IMG/VR virus record: IMGVR_UViG_3300008117_006295
Coordinates: 13,132-77,131 of that record
Length of the DNA stretch: 64,000 bases
Source of the DNA: a virus
Direction: 5' to 3' (one strand)
The first letter of the stretch is position 1; every line of letters starts with the position of its first letter. The notes beneath the pieces are model-generated. The model ran no database searches. It was not told the origin of the DNA and was given only the letters and a program-made list of their open reading frames with translations. The position numbers were made by a program, and so were the translations under genes. This document shows positions 50,133 through 60,900 of the stretch, piece after piece.

Positions 50133-51913
50133 ATAAACTCCAGTTCTACATGAAATGATCCGTCTATCCTATTAACATTATATTGTTCTTTAGTTTTTAT
50201 ATATCCATCTTCTTTATTTATAGCAGTTAAAGTTGTTAATCCGACTATTCCTGTTAATGATGGGATAGAGTTACAAATTTGTATAGTATCAGTACCACAA
50301 ATTTTATTAGCTTGAGATGCTCCGTCTATTGATATGGAAATAGTGCCATTTTTTTTGGTATTTAATTTTTGTATAATTGGTCCAGCAGATCGTCCTGGAA
50401 CAACAAATTCTTGAACAACATCTGCAGGATAATTTTTAACTATAGAAATATTTGTATATCCAAATTCATTACTAATAGAATTTAAACTATCATAATTTGC
50501 ATTATAGTTAATAATTCCATTATTATAATCATGAGTTATTACAAAAGAAGTTGGTAGTGGAGACGTTGGTAAATTTTGATGAGCAGTTAATAATAAATTA
50601 GCATTAGTAATATTTAATGTTGTTTTTATACTATCTGAAAGATCGTCGTTAGCACTATGTTTAATATATGCTAAAAATGAATCGTATGCATTATCATATT
50701 TTGTAATATTATTATTTTTTTTTGTAATAAAAGCTCCACTAGCTGGCAATTCAAAATTATCATCTATTTTATCTATAAAACCACCTTCCACTAATCCTGT
50801 AACACTACCATTAACTGACAAACTAACATTCATTGAATCTCCATCAGAATATGAATTATCAACAGTAAAATTATGTAATGCGGCATTTTCTGCTAAACTT
50901 TTAGAACTATCAAATTTTTTGACAATAGCAGAATACTTTAAACTAAAAGATCCATCGGCTTCTGATGTATCACAATTAATAATTTCATTATATATTTTAT
51001 AATTAGTTGACATAGCATCATTTAATAATCCTTTTGATGCGACATCGTCTAATTTAAAAAGATCATTTGGATTTTGTCTACCAGTATTACCATTAAAATT
51101 ATCAGAACTAATAGGTAAAGCTCTTTTAGCATTAGTCTCGTCTAATAAGCCTTTAATTTGATTATATAATCTATCTTGACAAAACATTTTTGCCATTTCC
51201 CAAGCTGGTATCAATTTACTATTAACATAAAAATTTCTACCAATAGCAGATATCTCATAATTAACATTAAAATGATTATTACTAATAGTTGATAATTCTT
51301 TATATATTTCATCTCCAATAGAAAAAGTCCAATTATCATTAAATTCTTTGATTTTATATTTTTTAATATCTACTAAATTATCAGATGGATAGTTTTTATT
51401 ACTTTCGTTTATACCTGTTATTTTAGTATGAAAAAAAGAATCAGCACAAGAAATATCAGTATTATCTAAACATCCAATCAAATCTATCTCATTACACTCT
51501 ATTGTAATAGTATATGGGGCATAATTTACCCAATAATTATTAGAATTTTCAAAACTAATAGATTTTATTGTGCATCCTTTAGCGATCAGGATAGCGCTAT
51601 TGCTACGATCTGTAACATGAAGATCTCCTCCATTACAACTAAAAATATTCCTTATATGATCAATATGGCTAATAACATTTTCTATACCATAACCTAATGC
51701 GCTGTCTGGTTTTTCATTAAATCGTAAAGCATTTGCATAACCGTTTAAAATTACTGTATATGAATAACCTATAACAGAATCATTAGAATAGTATATATCA
51801 GAAGATATTGTTATCTTTGGAGCAGGAGCTAAACGAGAAGAATTTCCTATTGCTGAATTATCTGAAGATAAATAAAATACTTTAGTATTAGTTGACTGTA
51901 ATTCATTAGACAT
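50120..51913 (-). CDS. Tail protein (distal-tail position), paralog of 48216..50132
   Basis: Immediately downstream of the TMP; colinear motif sharing with the next gene. Confidence 0.75.
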   Translation of the reverse strand: MSNELQSTNTKVFYLSSDNSAIGNSSRLAPAPKITISSDIYYSNDSVIGYSYTVILNGYANALRFNEKPDSALGYGIENVISHIDHIRNIFSCNGGDLHVTDRSNSAILIAKGCTIKSISFENSNNYWVNYAPYTITIECNEIDLIGCLDNTDISCADSFFHTKITGINESNKNYPSDNLVDIKKYKIKEFNDNWTFSIGDEIYKELSTISNNHFNVNYEISAIGRNFYVNSKLIPAWEMAKMFCQDRLYNQIKGLLDETNAKRALPISSDNFNGNTGRQNPNDLFKLDDVASKGLLNDAMSTNYKIYNEIINCDTSEADGSFSLKYSAIVKKFDSSKSLAENAALHNFTVDNSYSDGDSMNVSLSVNGSVTGLVEGGFIDKIDDNFELPASGAFITKKNNNITKYDNAYDSFLAYIKHSANDDLSDSIKTTLNITNANLLLTAHQNLPTSPLPTSFVITHDYNNGIINYNANYDSLNSISNEFGYTNISIVKNYPADVVQEFVVPGRSAGPIIQKLNTKKNGTISISIDGASQANKICGTDTIQICNSIPSLTGIVGLTTLTAINKEDGYIKTKEQYNVNRIDGSFHVELEFICLQ

Positions 51914-51919
51914 AATTAA

Positions 51920-54900
51920 TTACTCTTCTGCTTGTGGAGAGGTCTTTTTACTAGCGGGTTTTCCTTTTGATCCTGAAGAATATCCTACATTTCCGCCTGT
52001 TTGATTATATAATTTATCCATAGCAGCATCTATTTGCTCAGTGATCAATCTTTGCATATTTCCTTCTATAGCTTGGAAAGCTGCTGCTCCACTAACTCTA
52101 ACGTCTACAACATGTTGACCTCCTCGTATTTCTATAGTAGATGGAATATTTACTGTTGATAAAACAGCAACATATTGACCAAATAATTCGATAGTTTTAC
52201 CAAAATTATCTAATGCAACTAATGTTCCATTATCTATTATTCCTTTAGAAGAATTTTGTGGATCATTATTAGTATTAGTTTTTTTGCTTCCCGGTTGTGT
52301 TGGAGACGGTGTTCCTAGCGGAGTTAATGCCATAGGCGGTGTTATTAGACTATTAGTATTTGTATACTCTCCTAGTCTTTGATCAGTTGAACCATAGCTA
52401 TTTGCGGTATTAATTCCTACAGATTCTGCGCCATAATTAGCTCCAGCAGATGGTAAAGACACAGGAACAGTTGGTCTAGGAGCAGGAACGGGAAGACTTT
52501 GTGAAGGCTGGACAGAATTTGGATATATGCTACTCTGTTGTACTCCGCCATAGGTAGGGGTTGTGGTATTTGGTATTACTGAGGTATTTCCTGTTAATTC
52601 TTTGGCGCTTTCATCAATTTCTCTATTTGTTTGAGCTTCAACCAATGCATTATTTTCTTGTGTCTGTAATGATGGGTCTTGTGGATAATTTTCAGCTGGT
52701 AATACATTTCCATTTTCGATAGTGGTTTCAGGCTTAGAGAATCCACTTGCTACTATATTAGCAATAATTGTAGCTAAATTAGTCACAGATTGTGTTAATA
52801 GTATAAAAGCATTATTGAGGTCATTAATTATTGTTAATTCAGAATTTTCAGCATCAATATTTTGTGATTCAACCGGATTCTCAGTTGACGCAACCATTTG
52901 AGCTTCAATAGCAGCATTTTCAGCTTGAGAAGTAGCATCTTGTTGTTCTGGTAAGACTTCTTTAGGTTTTTGATTAGCATATTCTTCTTTTCTTCTAGCC
53001 TGATTCTCTTCTGCCCTAGCTCTAGCTTCTTTGACAGCATCATTAAACGCTTTATCTTTTCTTGCTTCTTCTTCTGCAATACCTTGCCATCCTGGGGTTC
53101 CAGTTGTTACAGGTACCTTATCTGATCTTTCTATACTTTGAACTTGTTCTTCTCTATTTTTTATAAAAGCATCAATATCTCCACCAGTACTAAATCCAAG
53201 TTCTCTATCTAGATCTTCTGAAGTACCTCCTTCGCTTTTGATTCTTTTTGCTGTTTCTAACTGTAATTGTTTATCAGCAAGTTCTTTTGCATTTTTTCTA
53301 TCTATTGAATTTAATCCTTCATAATTAGTTCCAATATTTTCTTTTTTAGCTTCTTCTGTTAATCTAGATTCAGTAGCTGCATTTTGCTGTGCTGATTGTG
53401 CTGCTTGATTGCTAGCTTCCCATAGTTTACCTACTTCGACACCAATACCAATAATAGAATTTCCAATATTTAGTAAATTATTACCAACTTGAGCTAAATA
53501 AGATTGAGTCTGATTTTCGCTTAACATTGATTCTACCTCAGACATCTTACCTTCCCAATTATTATATAGTTCGAAGAAAGCCTTTAGAGTATCCGCAGCA
53601 GCGTATGCTCCATATACAGCAGCAGCTGCTGTGGCTGCTCCTGCGGCTGTTACACCGGCAGCAACGGTTCCGCCAGCAGCAGTTCCGCCAGCAGCAGCAG
53701 CGCCACCAGCAGCAGCAGCGCCACCAGCAGCAGCAGCGCCACCAGCAGCAGCGCCACCAGCAACAGCAGTTCCAGCAGCACCGATACCGAGTCCTCTTCC
53801 AACAATACTTAATAAACTATCAGTAAGAGCGGATACTCCTCTATCTAATAATTCATTGCCAACAGCAGCGCCAAGAGATGTTAATCCTGCTATAATAGTT
53901 GCCCACATAGCGTCACTAGCATTTTTAGCCTCAGCAACCTTGGCTTCTTGTGCTAAAACTTCTTGAGACTTATCTTCTACAACACCTGTCATCTGAGCTT
54001 CAGACGGTTTACTCTGCTCAACACCATCTTGGTTTTCTTTATCTCCAAACATTGACTGTCTAAAATTTTCTCTTTCTTTATCTACTTTTTGTTCAGCCTG
54101 CCTATATTCTTGAGAGCCCCTATATTCTTCTATTTCTGACCTTAATTCTTCGGGAGTTTTTCCAGTTTTGATTGCTGTATTATCAAAAGTTTCTTTTGCT
54201 CTTTCTTCTTTAGCCTTGGCATCTTTATATGCTTTACTTTTCTTAAAATCTTGATATTCTGGACTAGCTCTAAATTCATCAACATTTTTGAATACTCTGG
54301 TAGTAGCCGAACTTACGGTATTTTTAGCAGCATTTTCTTCTAATTTTAAAGTTTCTGCTTTGGCTTTTTCTTCATTAGAATAAGCAATATCAGCTGACTG
54401 AAATTGCGCCTCAGTCATGCCTAATTTTTCTGCTTCTTGTTTATCTAAAGCTTGTTTCTCTCTAACTGCCGCATCTAAATCACTAAATGCTGTTTTTTGT
54501 GGTTCGGCTTGTGGCGGTAAGCCAACATTATTTTGTTTTGGTAGATTAGAAAAACCAGCTAATATAGCATTTTCTAAAATTCCTGGTAAGTCCCTGGCTA
54601 AACTACTTAAGATTTCAGCCGAACCTCCCTCGCCGCTTTCGTATGCTTTTGCAGCAGCAACAGCAGCTTTGGATAACATTTCAGCAGCCTTGGCTTGTTT
54701 ATCTGTCGCTTCTTTATACATTTGTAACATAGCATCCTGAACAGGATCAACCCCTGTTTCTGCCAAATTTAATGCTTGTCCAAATGTCATTTTTTCCATT
54801 TTATTAGTTTTTGGATTACGATACAATGCCCCGGTTTGAGTATTTAGTAATTGTTTGCCTCCTGGCGTCGATTCTAACATACGTCTTGTTACTTGAGCCT

Positions 54901-57900
54901 GCATTTGATTCTTTAGAGATTCTGGCATCATACTGCTAATATCATTTAATCCAGCAAAAGCATTTTTACGGAATTCTAAACTATTCATTTCTTGAGGAGT
55001 AGCTTTTCCACTAATTACTTTGGTATATGCGGATAGTCCTTTATTTATTTTTTGTAATTCATCAGCATCACTAGTGAGTATTTTTTCCATAAAATTAACA
55101 GAGCCTTTAGCGGCCTGTTGTTGCTCTTGTAATCCTTTTAGCGCAGCAGCAGCGGCCGTCCCATCATTTGCTAATTCTTCAAGAGCTTTACGACTATTAT
55201 TAATAGCATTATTTTGATCAGCAACAACCTTTAACTGTTCCTGAACAGCAGCTGCTAGTTCTTGTCTTCTTTCTGGAGATTCTCCATCAGCAGCCTTAAG
55301 AGCATCTTGGCGTTTAGCTAGCTCTTTCTCTGCGGCAGATCTTTCCTCTATAGCACTTTGCATTCCATTAAAGATAGTTTCTGGGTCTGTAGATCCGCCT
55401 GCTACGACACCACTAGATAATCCTCTTATTCTAGCGTCTCCTGCGGCTGTTTTTTCTGCTATTGTTAAATTTCTACCTAAAGCTTCAGCTAATGCAATTT
55501 CTGCATTTAATCTAATGTCAGATGCTTTTAATGTCCAGTCCATTGATTCTTGCATAGCTTTAGCGTAATCGTTCATCAAATCTATGCTAACATCTAAAGC
55601 ATCATTATATTGTTTTTGAAATTCTTGACCTATTTTTAAAGCGGCTGCTGATTTTTTCTCTAATTCTGCAACAATATTGGTCTCTGACTTAAATTTTTCA
55701 AAAGAAACACCTTCTTTTCCTTGTGTTTCAGCAGTTAATGATCCTTTTAATTCTTCTCTAACAGAATCACTAAGGGTAGCACCAGCTAATCTAAAGGCTT
55801 CATCAAGTTGCTCCATAGCAGAATCAACATTTAATGATCCTGTTTGAGCTAAAATATTAGGTAATTGATCATTAATAATTTTAGCTGCTATTATTTGATT
55901 TTTTAGATCTTCTCCACCAACACCGCCTCCAGCAAGAGCAGCAGTTTGAGAAGCAACTTCTTTAACTTGATCTAAAGAATAGGCCTGAATATTTCCTAAT
56001 ACTTCTTCATTAGTTCTATCTACTTTACCAATTGTTGCTTGGCCAGAATATGCTGCTGCTGTAGCCGTAGCTTTTGTTTTCATTTTATCAATATTTTGAG
56101 CGAAAGCTTTTAGCATTGCTGATGCTCTATCATAAGTTCTAATTAAACTTTCTGTTTCTAAAGCAACTTTTTGATAAGCTCTTGATAAAAGTATTTGTCT
56201 ACGCTCATTTTCAGCTTCTACTGCTAATAATTGTTTAGCTGCTGCTATTGCTTCTTGTTGATTTTTTGACTTTTCTTCATCTGTACTTCCTAATTGACCA
56301 CTAATAGCTAGTCTTCTTCTTTCTCTTTGATCATCCGTAGAAGCATTTTCAAGATAAATTCTTCTAAAAATATCTTGTTCGCTCTTACCACTTTCTCTCA
56401 TCGTGGCAAAAGTTTGTGATTTTTTATATAATTGATTGGCTTTATCCTCACTTACTCTTTGAATTTCTTGATCTCTTGCTGTTACAGTAGTAGTATCTCC
56501 TCTATTTTTAGCTGCTTGTCTTTCAAGATCTAATTGATTTAATCTTGTGTTATACTGATTAGCAATATCAATATCTGATTGTATTTCTGATTCTTTTACT
56601 CTATTTAGTCTTTGTGAACCTAATTGTCTATACCTTCCAGTATTGATCGCCTCTTCTGCTAGATATGCTTTTCTGGCTTCTGCCTCTTGAGGCATGCCCA
56701 TAGCATTAGACACCATATCAGAATATGGCGCTAGTGCTCTCATCCATGATTTATTAGCTTCTGGTAAATCTATCATGCTGCGAGATCTAAGATCTTGCAT
56801 ACCAGATTCTTGTTGAGACAATATTCTTTGAGCAGAAGCTATGTTGGCGTCCGAAGCATTCTGTTCTAGTTTTTTAAATGCTTCTGCTGTTTTACCAGAT
56901 GCTTCTGATAGATTATCTAATTGTTTACGTAAAGAAGATTCATTAATAGACTTATAGTATTCACTAATTGCTGTTGACACTGCTGCAAAAGCTATAACGC
57001 CAGCTTGAATACTAGTAGAAAAATTTCTTAAAGTATTAGATATTCCGGATAAACGATTATTAAAGAATCCATCTAAAGTATCAGCAAAATTATTAATATT
57101 TTTACGAATATCTAGTTCACCAGCAACACCAGCTCCTTTACCAAATCCTTCGAATCCGGCCATTAAAGCTGTGGTTTGATCACTAAGTTGAACACCATAT
57201 GTTTTTAATGTCTCTCTTAAAGTAGCAGAAACTGTTGCTAATGTAATCAATGCTCTAGTAGTTGCTTTTAATGGACCTCCAAGATTATCTACAAATCTTT
57301 GAAAACTACTATCTAGATTATCACTAAGTCTTTGAGCTAAATCTTGTGAAGCTAAATCAGGATTTATTCCTCTTTCTTCAGCAACTCTTTTTAAAGCTTC
57401 TGTTTGAGCTTCTGATTCTGTTAAAGTTCTATTTAATATATCTCCTAATCCATTAACAGCTGCTATAGTATCTTCTACTCTATCTCCAGATCCCGCTCTT
57501 TCAAATCTGGACATTAATTGTTTAGCCATTAAATCAAAATCTAAAGTTTTATCAACACTAACCGATTTAAGTTTATTAGCTAAATCATTAACATAATTTT
57601 TTCTATCATCTGATGTTTTTAGTTTTTTAGCACCTACGGCGGCTTCTGTTAATTGTGCTCTTAATTGTGTTTGAGAATTTCTTAACTCTCGTGGAATACT
57701 TCTAGCAATATCCTGTGCAGCATATACTATTGATCTTCTAAATTCTTCTAATGCTTGTCCTGCTTTTTCGGCGTTAAATGCCATATATTCATCAACATCG
57801 CCACCGGTAGCAAATCTCTGAACTCCTCCAACAATACCACCCTTGTTATATCCTTGTAATTTATCAGCTTTATTTAATTTATGTAATTTACTATATCCTA

Positions 57901-60900
57901 TTTTTTGTGCAGCATTTTTATTAATTACAAATTCACCAGGAGTTAATAGTGCTGGAACAGTATCTTTTGACGATATTCCTGCTCTTCCTCCTGTGGCAAA
58001 TGTCTCAATATTAGTGGGTTTAAGTGGTGATGATCCAACATATTTTAATGCTAGTCCCAATGGATGTTTAAATAAACTACTTTCAAATTGTTGTACTAAA
58101 TCAGGATCTCCAGATTGTATTCTGGACATAAGTTGTCCAAGTAAAGCTCCTTCTCTAACATCACCCTCACTTCCGGCATAAATAGATTTTCTAGCTCCTC
58201 CTTGTACCTCAAACTCTGTTCCATCCTCAGATTTCAAAGTTTGAGATCCTTCTTGAACTCTTATGCCAACAGACATCATTCCAGCACTTGGATTTTTATC
58301 GAATTTACCCTTTAGACCAGTTTGATTTTCTGTAGCAGCATATTTGTCCTTAAGAACTTCATAATTATCATGTATCCATTGTACAACTAATCCTTTTTGT
58401 AATTCATAATCAAGATCAAAAGTTTTGGGATCTAATACTTCATCAAAACTTAAAACCATCGGCTTGCCTGATCGGTCACCACTAGCAAGCGTGAATCCGC
58501 TACCTCCATTAACTCTCATCTTAGCTTGTTGTTCAGCTTTACTTTTTTCTGTATATAGATAAAATCCTGCTCCTTGACCATATCCTGTGGCTATATTACT
58601 TAATGCTCCTTTTTCTTTGAAGCTCTTTAAAACATTATCATCGATTCCAGTATTACTTCCATGATATAGTTTGACAGCTCCTCCTTCAGCAAAAGCTGCT
58701 ATTTTTTCTGGATCAGGAATACCATATTGCTGTCTAAAATATCTTTGGAATTCTTCAACAGCTTTACCTCTACTACCAGAATCTATTGTTCTTTTTACTT
58801 CTGTAGGAATATCAGGATCGATACCGAATATTTTTGCGGCTTTTGCTCCTATTCCACTTGGAAAATCTATTGGTCTTGTTCTTTGAGCATCGTCTAAGAT
58901 TTTAGCATCTGCTGATCCAAAAATTTGTTCTAGTAAAGCACCCTCAATATTCCCTTGTCCAAGAGTTTCTCTTTCTTTTTGACTTAATTTCTTTGGTGAG
59001 ATTCCAAGAAGTTTTGCTGCTCCTCCTACTAATTTTTCTGTTTCTCCACTAAGATAATCAATAACACTCTTATATTGAGTTGGTAATCCTCTCTGAATTA
59101 TAGAAGCATTAATTGATCTTTCTTGACCAGATTGATCTGTACCAAGATTCCATATTTCTGGTCCTAATAATCCTGTATATCCTAGTGGATTAAGTCCAAC
59201 TAAACCTAGTTGTTGTGATGATAATACCGCATTAGCTGTTTCTTCTAAGGTTTTTGTTCTTTTATTGCCTTGTGATTCATTAAATTTATCTATTAAATAA
59301 TCTCTTGTTGCAGTATAATAAGCTAATTTATCTGGTTTAGTTTCTGGTCTAAATGCAGAATTCCAATATTTTAGCTTACCTCCTTCGGCAGTATCTCTTA
59401 CTGTTTTTCCTGCAAATGGACCAAAACTAGCATCTGTTGGTAATCTTTCGGTTCCAAATCGTTTTAAAATTTCTCTTCCTTCTGCTGGTAATATGCCAGA
59501 AGATTTTTTAACAGCTGTTTCTTTAGCAACTTTTTGCAATATTGCCTGTTGTAAGCCCGATTGAGCTTCTTGTGGAACTGATGTGCCAAATGCTCCTTGA
59601 ACAGCAGATTGAACTTGTTGTGCCATAATTTCTGAAGAAATATCAGAAGAAGCAGCAGAAACTTGTGCTCTTCTATTAGGGTCAACAGAATACATATCCG
59701 GATAACGTGATGATAATTCTGATATAATATTATACGCTCTGTAACTTAGTGCTCCTTCAGATAGTCTTGCTTTTTGTTTTCTTAAACTTTCAACTTGTTC
59801 TGCTATATCTGGATAATTTTCTTTTAGTTTTTTACTTAATACTTTGTATGGTCCACCAGGAGCATTAGCTAAAATTTCTTGTATTTGACTATCATATTTA
59901 GCTTCTTCAATATCAACAACTTTATTTATACTATCTAATAGCATAGGAACCATAGTACTACGATTTTGTAACTGTGGCCTATTACCCATAAGTATAGAAG
60001 CAATTTCTGGATGTAAATATTTAGATAATGTAGCATCATCACCAGCGAATAATGCTTCTCTTACTTTAGTAGCACTAATATCTTCTATACGTGGTATATC
60101 AGTAACTTTCATTCCTGCTCTGGTATATTTTCCTAGCGTTCTTTCATCTTTACCAGATGTTATTGCCATAGCGCCACTAGTTCTAGCAAATTTTCTTTTG
60201 TCCCCACTTCCTAGAACTTCAACATATTTTGGTATTTCTCCTGTTGGACTATCTCCTTGAGCTAACATGGCTCCAGGAAAATTAATACGAGCCATAAGTT
60301 GTCTAAGATCAGCATCAAAAATTCCATATCTAGCAGCATGTTCTGGTCCTTCACTGCTTTTCATTGGTAAATTACCAGCAGCATTTACTAAAATATCTTT
60401 CATAGAAGCATTGGGATTTTGTTCTATCATGCTAGCAAGTAGTGTTTCAACAGCACCAGCATGACCTCTTGTTGCAGGAGCAAAGCCGCCTGTATAGTAT
60501 CCACCAGCTTGTACTATATCTGATAGTTCACTTTGTTTTTTACGTCTTAGCTGATAACTTCCGGCTTTTCTTCCTAAAACTGTTGCTTTTTTACCTAATT
60601 CTTCTCTTAATGTAACTTCTTCTACTCCAAAATCTCTACTTGCACCTCTGGTACTACCGGGTTTACGTCCATACAATCCGGCGCCCGTTAAATCTCTAAC
60701 TTCTCGACCTTTCTGGACCATCTCTTGTTCTTCTTTGGTGTTAGAACTTAAAATATATGCTCTATCTACGTCTTTTAAATATGCATCTAATTTAGATTGA
60801 CTGGCTGTTGCAGTAAGGGCTATTACTTGATCGGCTTTCTTAATATCTTCTGGAGTAAGAATTGGAAATCTTGTTGTTTGTCTGAGTGTAGCATCGTCAT

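Noticed and set aside
53527-53966. Gln-rich and Ala/Pro-rich + strand ORFs; possible CRISPR-like repeat
   Set aside because: Shadows of the (GGAAAA)n coding repeat; the repeats are contiguous with no spacers.
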